Part shown: piece after piece, positions 37,692 to 47,422 of the stretch
Position numbering within the stretch: position 1 is the first letter of the stretch
Layout of the letters: every line of letters starts with the position of its first letter
Virus record (IMG/VR): IMGVR_UViG_3300029288_000114
Location: 1-64,000 of that record
Origin: a virus
Taxonomy: Duplodnaviria > Caudoviricetes
Length of the DNA: 64,000 nucleotides
Reading direction: 5' to 3' (one strand)
Program-made: the position numbers and the translations under genes
Notes under the pieces: model-generated
What the model saw: only the letters and a program-made list of their open reading frames with translations
Database searches by the model: none
Told to the model about the DNA's origin: nothing

Positions 37692-38225
37692 ATGGAAACA
37701 TTAACTATCCGCAGATCGCCATTCGCGGCGCTAAGGTGGCTGGTCAAACCAGCCGCTTTAGTTCTAAGCTGTATCGCAATCATCGTTGGGCTATCAGCAA
37801 CAAGGGCAACGTATTGGGTGTTTATTGTCGCTCTTGGCATTGCAATGTTACCGTTGAGCCTAATCATATTGTATCTGAATTTCAATGATTGGGCGAACGA
37901 TGTCTATACGATAGACACGAATGGCGATTTCAGAATAGAATACCGCACATGGCTGCGTTACAGAAGCGGACGGCGCGGGCCGATCTCTGCGTTGCAAGAT
38001 GCGTGGGTGGTGCAAAAGGGCGCGACTCGCTTAGTCTTCGGGTTCGGCGACATCTATGTACAGGTGGGGTGGTCGCGTATCCCGTTTTGCTTGCGCGACG
38101 TGCAAGACCCGTATGCTGCGGTTAATGAGATCAAGCGGTTATCGCGTTACTATAGCGGGGATCGCCGAGAAGAACAAGTGGATGCTGTAGGCATCATGCT
38201 AGAACAATACCAGGAGCTAGATTAA
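37692..38225 (+). CDS. Membrane-anchored bacterial PH-domain (bPH_2-like) protein
   Basis: Two TMs, then W.NDVY.I, lQD..V.Q.G..RLVFGFGDI.V, L.DV.DP. Confidence 0.8.
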   Translation: METLTIRRSPFAALRWLVKPAALVLSCIAIIVGLSATRATYWVFIVALGIAMLPLSLIILYLNFNDWANDVYTIDTNGDFRIEYRTWLRYRSGRRGPISALQDAWVVQKGATRLVFGFGDIYVQVGWSRIPFCLRDVQDPYAAVNEIKRLSRYYSGDRREEQVDAVGIMLEQYQELD

Positions 38226-38228
38226 AAA

Positions 38229-41147
38229 ATGACCAAGAGAAAGAAAGCAGAATTATCATTTGAGTTACCAAGCATGGCAGACGATCCGTATAGTGATTTG
38301 GATCAGTATTTCCCGACTCAACTACAGCGTTTTCAGTATCTCGACAAATACTCCCGTTACCGCTACGATCTGGGACGCCGCGAGACGTGGAACGAGACAG
38401 TTGATCGAGCCGTTGATTATATGCGCTGGCTATCGAAAGGCAAGTTAAGCGAGCGCGACTACAAAGAAATCCATCACGCTATTCTCAACCTGCACGTTAT
38501 GCCGTCGATGCGCCTATTGGCGATGGCAGGCGATGCAGCGAAGCGGGACGAGAAAAGCATTATGAATTGTGCGTATGTAGCCATAGACAGCCTTGACGCT
38601 CTAGTTGAAATGCTCTCGCTGTCTATGTCTGGCGTGGGTATTGGGTTTAGCGTAGAAGAGCGTTACACATCGCAACTGCCGCGCATTAAGCGGCAATCCG
38701 GCACGTTCTCAGTGTTTATAATCCCTGACAGCACAGAGGGCTGGTGTACTGCGCTTAGAGCGGGATTAACCGAGTGGTACAATGGGCGCGACGTAGTGTT
38801 TGATTACTCGCAGATTCGTAAAGCCGGAGAGCCGTTGCGCACTAAAGGCGGACGATCTTCTGGTAGCGGCCCACTGAAAGAGCTGCTCGACTTTACGCGC
38901 GGCAAGATTGTGTCGCGCGGCGGTACGCAGCTTCGCCCTATTGACATCTATGACATCGCCACAAAGATTGGCGATTGCGTGATCCAGGGCGGGGTCAGGC
39001 GCGTCGCTACACTCTGTATGTTTGACTACGACGACGAGATGATGCTAAACGCCAAGTCCGGCGATTTCTGGAAACACTCGCCGTGGCGCTTCAACTCAAA
39101 CAACAGCGCGGTTGTAGAGAAAGAGCTTTCATTGGATGAGGTGCGCGACTTTATGCTACGCATGGACGCCAGCAAGAATGGTGAACCCGGTATTGTAAAC
39201 AGGCTGGCGATGAAGAACACAATGCCTGAGCGCCGCAACAAAGAACACGAGTTCGGAACCAATGCGTGTCAACCAGGATGGGCTACTGTATTAACGCCCG
39301 ATGGCATAAGAACAATTGACGACATTGATGTTGGAGATATTATTTGGTCTGGAGAAGGATGGACTGAGGTTGCGCGCAAATTGTCGTCTGGCAACAAATC
39401 TGTGTACGCATATAAATTTAGCAATGGTACATTTGTTGGCACAGACGATCATCACATCTTCTCTGGTGGAGAAGAAGTAGAAGCCGGGGAGGCCGAGTCC
39501 GCAGATGGATTGGCTGGTTTGTTTGCAAACGATATTGTGATTGATCCACAAGATGTTATGGACGGTCTCGTGCTTGGGGATGGCACTGTTCACAAGGCCA
39601 GTAACAATTTAGTGTATCTTATTATTGGCGAGAAAGATATGGATTATTTCAATAGCGAAATCTCGCATTTAATAAAGAGAGACAGAACCGCAGCGTTCAG
39701 ATTTGGATGGGAGATTGATACGACAATATCGGCAAGAGAATTGCCATATACATATTTGCGCAAGGTTCCAGACAGGTTTTTCTATGGTGACAAGAATAAA
39801 ATCGCCGGTTTTTTACGTGGGCTTTTTAGTGCAAATGGCAGTGTAGTTGACACAAAAGGCTATTACAGAATAGGGCTAAAGCAATCAAGCGAAACACTTG
39901 TAAGACAAGTTCAAATAATGCTTTCGTCGCTTGGTATACGGTCATACATAACAATAAACAAACCAAAATCGGTCGAATTTAGAAATGGGGTATATGCCAT
40001 AAAGCAATCATACGACATAAATATATCCACAGACAGACATAAATTCATGACAATTATCGGATTTGTACAAAAGTACAAACAAAGAGGAGCCGACGCAGCT
40101 CACGAATCAAGAAAACTAGTATATGGAACACTGCAAGAAATTGAGCCTCTTGGCGTTATGCCAGTATATGATCTTACCGTACTATGCAATGAACATTCGT
40201 ATTGGACGGGCGGTATCAAGGCCAGGAATTGTGGAGAAGTGATTCTTAAAAATGCGGAATTCTGCAATTTATCCAGTGTCGTGTGCCGCCCGGAAGACGA
40301 TGTTAATATGCTCGTTTACAAAGTGCGTGTCGCAACTATTATCGGTACGATTCAATCACTTGCGGAGAATTACGAGGGATTGCGCCCTGTATGGGGCGAC
40401 AACCAACGCGACGAACGGCTACTTGGCGTTGACCTTAATGGGCAAATGGACTGCCCGGAAGCGCGCAAACCAGAGGTGCAAGATTTCCTACGGCAGCACG
40501 CCATAGATATTAATGCGGAATATGCCGCAAAGATGGGTATCAACGCATCCGCATCTATTACAACCGTTAAGCCATCGGGGAACAGCGGGGTAATGCTGGA
40601 CATCTCTAGCGGTTTGCACCCGCGTTGGTCGCAGTATTATATTCGCAATGTACGTATCAACAAAGGATCGCCGCTGTATCGCGTGCTGAAAGACTCTGGC
40701 GTTAAACTCGTGCCGGAGAATGGGCAAGAGGAAGAAACAGGAACAACGTTTGTGGCTGGATTCCCAATGAAGTCTCCTGATGGCGCTGTTACTCGTCATG
40801 GCATGAACGCCCTTGAGCAACTAGAATACTGGAAGTCTGTCAAGTTACACTGGACTGAGTTAAACCCAAGCTGTACTATCTACTACAGCGAAGATGAACT
40901 TGACAGTGTGATCGAATGGGTGTATAGTAACCAGGATGTTATCGGCGGGTTATCGTTCTTGCCGCGCTTTGATATGAACTACGAGAACGCGCCGTACATC
41001 GAGATTGATGCCGAGACATACGAACAGATGTCGGCTGAGTTCCCGAAGATCAAGTGGGGCTTGCTGGCGGAATACGAGAAGTCCGATCTGTCCAGCTCTG
41101 GACAGGAAGTGGCGTGCTCTGCTGGCGTGTGCGATTTCAAACTTTAG
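38229..41147 (+). CDS. nrdJ: Class II (AdoCbl-dependent) ribonucleotide reductase with intein
   Basis: RRETW.ETV.R, MPSMR, NCAY, GVGIGFSV, GGVRR, TN[A|intein|C]GE, FCNL, TTVKPSG, C-terminal ACSAGVC. Confidence 0.95.
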   Translation: MTKRKKAELSFELPSMADDPYSDLDQYFPTQLQRFQYLDKYSRYRYDLGRRETWNETVDRAVDYMRWLSKGKLSERDYKEIHHAILNLHVMPSMRLLAMAGDAAKRDEKSIMNCAYVAIDSLDALVEMLSLSMSGVGIGFSVEERYTSQLPRIKRQSGTFSVFIIPDSTEGWCTALRAGLTEWYNGRDVVFDYSQIRKAGEPLRTKGGRSSGSGPLKELLDFTRGKIVSRGGTQLRPIDIYDIATKIGDCVIQGGVRRVATLCMFDYDDEMMLNAKSGDFWKHSPWRFNSNNSAVVEKELSLDEVRDFMLRMDASKNGEPGIVNRLAMKNTMPERRNKEHEFGTNACQPGWATVLTPDGIRTIDDIDVGDIIWSGEGWTEVARKLSSGNKSVYAYKFSNGTFVGTDDHHIFSGGEEVEAGEAESADGLAGLFANDIVIDPQDVMDGLVLGDGTVHKASNNLVYLIIGEKDMDYFNSEISHLIKRDRTAAFRFGWEIDTTISARELPYTYLRKVPDRFFYGDKNKIAGFLRGLFSANGSVVDTKGYYRIGLKQSSETLVRQVQIMLSSLGIRSYITINKPKSVEFRNGVYAIKQSYDINISTDRHKFMTIIGFVQKYKQRGADAAHESRKLVYGTLQEIEPLGVMPVYDLTVLCNEHSYWTGGIKARNCGEVILKNAEFCNLSSVVCRPEDDVNMLVYKVRVATIIGTIQSLAENYEGLRPVWGDNQRDERLLGVDLNGQMDCPEARKPEVQDFLRQHAIDINAEYAAKMGINASASITTVKPSGNSGVMLDISSGLHPRWSQYYIRNVRINKGSPLYRVLKDSGVKLVPENGQEEETGTTFVAGFPMKSPDGAVTRHGMNALEQLEYWKSVKLHWTELNPSCTIYYSEDELDSVIEWVYSNQDVIGGLSFLPRFDMNYENAPYIEIDAETYEQMSAEFPKIKWGLLAEYEKSDLSSSGQEVACSAGVCDFKL
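39267..40229 (+). mobile_element. Intein (321 aa) with LAGLIDADG endonuclease in nrdJ
   Basis: Starts CQPGWATVLTPDG, block B GTDDHHI, GLVLGDG and FLRGLFSANG, ends VYDLTV...KARN/C. Confidence 0.92.
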
Positions 41148-41157
41148 GAGAATAGCA

Positions 41158-41376
41158 ATGGCAAAGCTGAAAATTAGCGGTAAGATTAGCAAGCGACATT
41201 TGATTGCGCTGCTCGAAGATCGGGTCGAGTGGCTAGAGCGGCGCGTCGAAGAACTGGAGAGGCGTGAAACTGTAGTGTTTGTGCCAACTGTTGTGCAGCC
41301 GTATGTTCCGCTATACGGCACGGACAAAACCAAAGACTTCACAATCACTAGCTTCGGCGACTCGTCCCGTACTTAA
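41158..41376 (+). CDS. Small coiled-coil hypothetical protein
   Basis: AGGAG RBS. Confidence 0.55.
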   Translation: MAKLKISGKISKRHLIALLEDRVEWLERRVEELERRETVVFVPTVVQPYVPLYGTDKTKDFTITSFGDSSRT

Positions 41377-41420
41377 AGTACGATACCCACAAAGGTTCGC
41401 CAGCGCCAATATTAAGCTGG

Positions 41421-41458
41421 CAACAAAACAGCCCGGTTAATCGCCGGGCTGTTGTTAT
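41421..41458. terminator. Bidirectional terminator between convergent arms
   Basis: 10-bp stem AACAGCCCGG/CCGGGCTGTT with A-rich and T-rich flanks. Confidence 0.8.
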
Positions 41459-41466
41459 TGTGATAG

Positions 41467-42021
41467 TTAGTCTTTGCGCGAATATGCGAAATCCCTAAAC
41501 GCAGAATACACCCCGAACCTCTCTCGCATCTCGGCAAGTACATCATCTCCCGTGAGTTCGTAGATATTCATTACATGACGATTGTACTCGCTGTCGTATA
41601 GCTTCTTGCGCCGCTTGTTGATTTTCTTAACTTCGGCAAACACATCATCGCGCGAAATGCCATATTTCTTTTCCAGATATTTTGCCAGTTCCGGCTGCGA
41701 GAGCGCCTTGAATTGACAGATTGGGCATAACTCTTGCGGAATGTCGCCGTCTAGTTTGTCGCAGTATTCCAGTGCCTCGTCGTCGCTCATTGCGGCGGTG
41801 TCCGGTTTAGAGTAAGACGCTCGATCAATCCAGGCGCGTGCGAGTTCCGGTGTAACTTCGCCCTCGACAAATTCTTCTAGCAAAGTGTGTTCGTTCTCGC
41901 ACATCACAAAACCATAGTCGCGGCGAGAATTGCCGTCCCAAAATGTTTCGCTCTCGCCGCTGATCTCACAGATATAAGTTGTGCTAGAAGAGTTGGTAAC
42001 AAATCCGTTGCGCTTCTTCAT
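41467..42021 (-). CDS. NSSS-tag protein 4 (MKKRNGFVTNSSSTTY), with Cys/His zinc-site-like residues
   Basis: Shared N-terminal tag, CEISG, CENEH, CPIC. Confidence 0.8.
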   Translation of the reverse strand: MKKRNGFVTNSSSTTYICEISGESETFWDGNSRRDYGFVMCENEHTLLEEFVEGEVTPELARAWIDRASYSKPDTAAMSDDEALEYCDKLDGDIPQELCPICQFKALSQPELAKYLEKKYGISRDDVFAEVKKINKRRKKLYDSEYNRHVMNIYELTGDDVLAEMRERFGVYSAFRDFAYSRKD

Positions 42022-42446
42022 AAATAATCCTCTGTGAATGTAATATTCTCGCCGTCTGACATTGCCCTGAGCATTTCGGCGAGCGATTCGTCTGAATGTT
42101 CGATGTCAAGATAGTATAACGCAAAGCCGTCTTCGAGCATCTTAATTCTCTTGGCATATAAGTCTGCCGCGCCGTCATCGTCATCCATCTCGTAGGCAAG
42201 TGCGGCAAGCGTTGATTCATGCTTACCGCTATTCCACACTTTCCTCATAATAAAGGCGTCGTATTCGGATTTGGTACGCACCACATCGTCCGCTTTCGTT
42301 TCCAGAGTGTCGAGAAGCATCTTGTACACATACTTCAAGACCAGATGAGCAGCGACGACAGAATCATCCATGTCTGGCAGGCGCTTGATTGCTAACACAA
42401 ACGAACTACTGCTACTATTGGCAACAAACCCTTGTCTAATTTTCAT
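42018..42446 (-). CDS. NSSS-tag protein 3 (MKIRQGFVANSSSSSF)
   Basis: Shared N-terminal tag, coupled to the next gene. Confidence 0.8.
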   Translation of the reverse strand: MKIRQGFVANSSSSSFVLAIKRLPDMDDSVVAAHLVLKYVYKMLLDTLETKADDVVRTKSEYDAFIMRKVWNSGKHESTLAALAYEMDDDDGAADLYAKRIKMLEDGFALYYLDIEHSDESLAEMLRAMSDGENITFTEDYL

Positions 42447-42449
42447 AGA

Positions 42450-42797
42450 TCACCACGTCTCGTAGTTTTCCAATAGATCATCTGCTGACATAGAGGAATG
42501 CTGATCTTCGTTGCCAGCCCACACTTGATAATCGCCTCCGTGGATAGTGACGACTGTGCCATCTGGTTCTCTTAAATACTTGTAAACCAAACAATACTCA
42601 AAGTCGTATGCAAGCGTGCCCAGCACATCCAGCATATCTTCGGTAATAGCGAATACATCTTGCCCCTCGCACATATAGTTGCCAAACACAATGTAGTCAC
42701 CTTTTGACAAGTCGATCTCTTCTAGCTTGACGCGCTTGCCAATAACAACGAACGAGCTGCTAGAACTATTCGTCACAAAACCAACCCTGATCTTCAT
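42450..42797 (-). CDS. NSSS-tag protein 2 (MKIRVGFVTNSSSSSF)
   Basis: Shared N-terminal tag, ATGA overlap with the upstream gene. Confidence 0.8.
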   Translation of the reverse strand: MKIRVGFVTNSSSSSFVVIGKRVKLEEIDLSKGDYIVFGNYMCEGQDVFAITEDMLDVLGTLAYDFEYCLVYKYLREPDGTVVTIHGGDYQVWAGNEDQHSSMSADDLLENYETW

Positions 42798-43276
42798 TCG
42801 TTATCATTCCCCCCTTGAATATAAGAGTCTTTTGAAAACAGGAAGTCGCACAGCGTTTCGTAGCTGGCAAAGATTTCCGTGTTCTTGCCCTCGGCGGCGG
42901 ATGACTGATGGTCGATATACCCGTCCACCATTCCGTCTGGCACTGGATATTTGTTCGTTAAAACCCACTCAACATAATCGAATCCGGCGTATGCGCGCAA
43001 TGCTTTCTCTAGCGTTGGTCGCCAGGTCTCGCGGCGCGTATTATACCAGCAAGTATCTCCGCATCTCTCCGCTTCAAGAATTTGCAAGGCGGCAAAGTTT
43101 AGCTTGTCATAGAAGTCGGTGTATTTCTCGTTTTCCCATCCGAACTCAATTTCGCCGCTATCGCCGATTCGGACGATCTTTCCCAACCCAAATCCGGGCG
43201 TCATCATTCTGGTGTTGCACAATACGATAAAGCTACTACTGGAACTGTTAGTTACAAAGCCCTGTCGTGTTTTCAC
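42794..43276 (-). CDS. NSSS-tag protein 1 (MKTRQGFVTNSSSSSF)
   Basis: Shared N-terminal tag, GTGA overlap with the radical SAM stop, GYIDHQS motif. Confidence 0.8.
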   Translation of the reverse strand: MKTRQGFVTNSSSSSFIVLCNTRMMTPGFGLGKIVRIGDSGEIEFGWENEKYTDFYDKLNFAALQILEAERCGDTCWYNTRRETWRPTLEKALRAYAGFDYVEWVLTNKYPVPDGMVDGYIDHQSSAAEGKNTEIFASYETLCDFLFSKDSYIQGGNDNE

Positions 43277-45593
43277 CGCGTCTTCTCCCTACGATTACAC
43301 AGCACTACTTCTGGTTTCAACGGACATCCACCCATGCAGTTCTGCCGCACGGCGCATCCCGGACAGCGATTGCGCAACTGGTCGCGGAACGCCTCGAATT
43401 GCGGACTGCTCCACGCCTCTTCAATCGTATGATCGCGCAGGCTAACGCCGTATTTCAATTCCTGGTCGAAGCTACACGGCGTAGCGATCATATCCGGTGT
43501 AATGTACATACTGAACCGCGCACCCTCGCAGGTGTCGATGCTGTCCATGTTGATGTCTGAGGTATAGTTGATTATACCAGGAATAGAACAACTGTCAAAT
43601 CCAATCTTGAAGTCGCCATTCCAATTATCAATAATTTGGAAGAACTTGTCCAGCTTTGGATCGCCCGGCTGCAACACATTCGCTTGCTGTCCAAGCCCAA
43701 CCGGTTTGTGCAGCAAGAACACTACTGCGCTAATGCCATCAGGAAAGTTGTTGTTTAACAGGCGGCAATTCGCTTCATCAATTGAGTTGTTACCGAGAAC
43801 GTAGTGAATATTTGTAGTCACTCCAGCATCAACGAGCCTGCCAATTGCGGAGAGCGTGTATGGTGAGCGGTACCACGAAACAGCAGCGGCACCACACATA
43901 TCTTTGGTAGGGCTACTTCTTTATCGGTGAGTCCAAGGCCGCTTGTGGTATAGTTGGGGATAATGCCGTACTCGCGCGTCATTCTTAGGATGTCGCCGAA
44001 TTGCTCGTGCTTGTTTGGATCACCACGGCCGCCTAGCGCGCAATTGTGTGACAAAATACCGTTTGACGTAACAAATAGGTGCGCGTCGCTTTTAACCTCA
44101 ATATCAACCACGCGAGACATACCGGCGGGGGTGACAGATACGACCACATTATCCTTATACAGCCTTGAATTTTTGCTGTTAATATTATTTGCAACACAAT
44201 CCAAGAACCCGGAACTGTTCCAGTGGAATCTCGTCGCGGATTTTATAATATTGATGTCATGATTATTGTATATTCTAACCCTATATCTCGTGCTTCTATT
44301 GATCGATCTCCCGAAACTCTTGTCAAAAGAAACACCGCCACTTTCAGACGAAACAGACGGAATAATGCCAAACTTCACACTAAAAAGCATAGAAAGTCCA
44401 GATGCCAAATACTTACTTGAAGTGTTAAATACAACAGACGCTCCATTAACACTATCATACTTCAGATCCCCGTCACAGAAATATCCAGCCAGGAATTCAG
44501 TCACCATATCCTGAGAGAGGTCAAAGATAAAGTTTGGGAGTTGCTTCTTCTTATCTTTGCCGCGACAACCAAATGCAATATCAAATATGATTTTGTGTAA
44601 AATATTTGAACCAAATTCAAAAACGTATTTATTGCTTTTCTTGGTGATGTGATAGCCGAGATTCGGGAATACAGAATCAACACAATGTATTAAATCAAGA
44701 AACATAGCCTCTTTCGCAAGGCCCATAACGTAGCTTCTGCGCGACCCGTCTCCTACATAGTATCCGATCATTCGCATAAGCTCTGCTGACACGGGAATAA
44801 TTGATGGGACTGTGTACTGCGACCGCTCCACGCCCAAGGCCACAACCACCGAGTCAAGGTTTCCGTCGTACATTGACAATTTCACAGACCGCTTTCCGTC
44901 GATGCGGACATTGAACTTATATCCAAGCCCCGCATCAATTATCATCCTGGCTATATTAAGCTCTGTAATTCCATTAAATGCAGTCGGTGTAGCCATAACC
45001 ATTCTATCGCCACCGACAATTTCGCAAACCTGTTTTTCTACTCTCCGCCCGTCCTCTGTTAATACCGGAAAAGTGTGATCCGCAGTGGCTTTAATCTTTC
45101 TCCCGCCATCAATCGCAATCTCAAAAATGTCCTTAACAGATTCCGACTTAGCGACAACTGGAATATAACCAGCAAAACCGTCGTGAATTTTCTCGCCGAT
45201 TTTCACATCGGCAATCCTTATAACTCCACGATCCCCACTAAGTACAATCTCGTCTTCATGCAAGCATTGCATTACAACGCCTTGACTCTGGTGCATAATG
45301 CTTTCGTAGTCTTCAACGCTCATATTCGGCTCGTTGCGCGTCAGCCCACTTTGGTAGCACTGCACACCAGACGCCAAGCATAACCCGCTTTTGCCGTGAA
45401 CGCAATGGCCCATGATTCCTATATCGATGAGTGAGGGCATACTGCGCATAAACGGATCAACGCCCGTATCCACCGTGCCCTCAATCACGCCAGAGCGAAT
45501 ATACGCGCCATTCTCGCGGTTGAACCATTCGGCGAAGTTGTATTTCTTGTCTACGTACATATCTTGCTCGCTACCACGAATAATCTTAATCAC
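43273..45593 (-). CDS. Radical SAM/SPASM protein with intein (one gene, apparent 1-nt frameshift near 43908)
   Basis: Cx7Cx6C motif (CVHGKSGLCLASGVQCYQ), ALGGRGDP, PNYTTSG, AVSWY, GFDSC, SPASM CEGARFS.YI.PD....PCSF...CPGC.....CMGGCP. Confidence 0.9.
44043..45266 (-). mobile_element. Intein (408 aa) with LAGLIDADG endonuclease in the radical SAM gene
   Basis: Starts CLHEDEIV, ATADHTF, IGYYVGDG and FLAGYFCDG, ends VVDIEV...GILSHN/C. Looks AT-richer than its flanks. Confidence 0.92.
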
Positions 45594-46182
45594 TGCTTAC
45601 TCCTAGTTGCTCTTCAATCCATGCTCGCGTTTCTGGATGAAGAATGATCTTGTCCTTGTTGTCCAGATACCATTGCTTCGTATCTGGATCGTTGTTGTTA
45701 CCCTGCTGCTTACCATAGGCGCGCCCCGCACCAATCCAGTCCGCAAGCATCTCCCTGCGGTAGCGATCTGGCATAGGCACGGGTGTCTGGCATTGCCGTA
45801 ATGCGAATAACACAAAGTCTTGTGAGTTGTATTGAAAGCTGCCCCTAAACGCAACCCGCGCATAATCGCCAGCGTCGCGCCAGATTTCGTACACGCCATT
45901 TGCGCCGCGAATATGCCAGCCGTCTTCCTGGCAGCCCTGAAAGAGCCAAAACTGCCAGTGGTGAGCATTCCTCTTGTAGTGCATAGCAAACGCTCGCAAA
46001 ATTCTGTCGTCGTCGTAGCGCATGGTATTCCCATAGAATCTTTGCGCATACGGGATAAACTCTGACGGCAAGAACTTCGACCAGTCGTGTAGAATCCCCA
46101 ACAGCGGAACGCCTAGCCGCACGCACTCAACCAGCACAAACCACTTATGCCGCAATAGGGCTTTCAAATACTTCCAGTACAT
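45586..46182 (-). CDS. DUF5662-family HD-like protein
   Basis: HKWFV, LHDWSKF, H..RN.HHW..W, MP..Y..EMLADW.GAGRAY. Confidence 0.8.
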   Translation of the reverse strand: MYWKYLKALLRHKWFVLVECVRLGVPLLGILHDWSKFLPSEFIPYAQRFYGNTMRYDDDRILRAFAMHYKRNAHHWQFWLFQGCQEDGWHIRGANGVYEIWRDAGDYARVAFRGSFQYNSQDFVLFALRQCQTPVPMPDRYRREMLADWIGAGRAYGKQQGNNNDPDTKQWYLDNKDKIILHPETRAWIEEQLGVSSD

Positions 46183-46184
46183 AA

Positions 46185-47168
46185 TTACTCCTTAATCATT
46201 GCGTATGCTTTCTGGTAGTCGGTGTGAAGATCACAAGGAACTCCAAACGAGACGATTTGATCGTAGCTCCACTCCATATCGCGGAATACCCTGCCGTCGC
46301 CATCCCAATGACTAATGCGATCTGACACTTGCTCGTAAATCTCGCGGTCTGTTTCTGTTTCAGCCGAGAAGCTATCTAGTCCGTACTGCGCGAGAGACGG
46401 CCCGTCAGACCAGTCGTCGCGATTGCGTTGCATATAATGTGCCAAGCGCAGGTACTTGTTGGAATTAACGATTGTATCAAAGAGCGTATATTCATCTGTC
46501 TCGATTGGCAACCCGTACTTAGATAACAAAGCCACAAGCTCAAGGTCGGCTTTGCGCTTTCTGATTTCTTCTTGCTCTTTGCGTTCTTTCTCTGCCGCTT
46601 GCTGTCGTTCCTCGGCTTGCATCTTTCTCTCGAAATCGTTGATTTGCTGCTCCAGTTCGACGTATCGCTTCATCTCGACGTCATAGTTATCGCTAACGGG
46701 CAACCATCGCTCAATGTCGCCGCGATAACCGGCAACGTTCTTAATTGCGGTTTTTTCACGAGATCGCTTTGTCTTGTATTCGTGTGTCGTGTATGTTTGC
46801 GGGATACCAATCGCCGACATCACTGATTCGATACGCGCGCGTGCCTTTTCGTTATTAGCAATGGCGTCTATGTTGGATGCGTGCATTTTCTCTGCTTTGT
46901 CGCGCCATTCAGATACAGTCTTACGCGCGTTAGCAACAGCGACTTTCCACGAACTTCCGTAGCGGCTATCGTCGTAGTACATAACATTGCTGTGCCAGTG
47001 CCCGCTGAAAGAGATTTTCTTCACTTCGCTCATCACGCCGTTCTCGGTGTTGAGCTTGGCAGTTAGGGATTCAATCTTTTTCAGCAGAGCATCAACGGAT
47101 TGCTTGGCGATGTCTGCGTATCCTTCTGCTTCTGTGTTTGCATGTGACGATACGCCAGTGTACATCAT
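46185..47168 (-). CDS. Hypothetical coiled-coil protein
   Basis: 327 aa, coupled in the operon. Confidence 0.7.
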   Translation of the reverse strand: MMYTGVSSHANTEAEGYADIAKQSVDALLKKIESLTAKLNTENGVMSEVKKISFSGHWHSNVMYYDDSRYGSSWKVAVANARKTVSEWRDKAEKMHASNIDAIANNEKARARIESVMSAIGIPQTYTTHEYKTKRSREKTAIKNVAGYRGDIERWLPVSDNYDVEMKRYVELEQQINDFERKMQAEERQQAAEKERKEQEEIRKRKADLELVALLSKYGLPIETDEYTLFDTIVNSNKYLRLAHYMQRNRDDWSDGPSLAQYGLDSFSAETETDREIYEQVSDRISHWDGDGRVFRDMEWSYDQIVSFGVPCDLHTDYQKAYAMIKE

Positions 47169-47422
47169 GCGCCCCTAGTCGCTCTGGCGACAATCATCTC
47201 GATAAAATCAATTTGCGCTTCCCATAAATCAGCGACAACCGATGTGCGCATATATTCTATCGCCATCTGGCAAGCCTTTATCAAGTCCGGCGCAGCAGTA
47301 ATAAGATAGCCGTTTGCGATCATCTCGTCCTTCTCCCGCAGCCCAATATGCGCTACGTCGAAACCTTCTTCGTCAGACACCCATTCTTCACCGTCGAATG
47401 TCCAATGCCCTTTTGTGTACAT
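47165..47422 (-). CDS. Conserved phage hypothetical protein (AN..LI.AAPDL type)
   Basis: YTKGHW...ANGYLITAAPDL. Confidence 0.65.
   Translation of the reverse strand: MYTKGHWTFDGEEWVSDEEGFDVAHIGLREKDEMIANGYLITAAPDLIKACQMAIEYMRTSVVADLWEAQIDFIEMIVARATRGA

Noticed and set aside
41984-43276. NSSS tag as a DNA repeat or recombination cassette
   Set aside because: Synonymous codons differ extensively between the four copies, so conservation is at the protein level.
43818-43920. Two separate genes, or a programmed frameshift, in the radical SAM locus
   Set aside because: The break falls mid-barrel, one added base restores a continuous ALTKDMCGAAAVSWY, and there is no canonical slippery site. Treated as one gene with a probable error.
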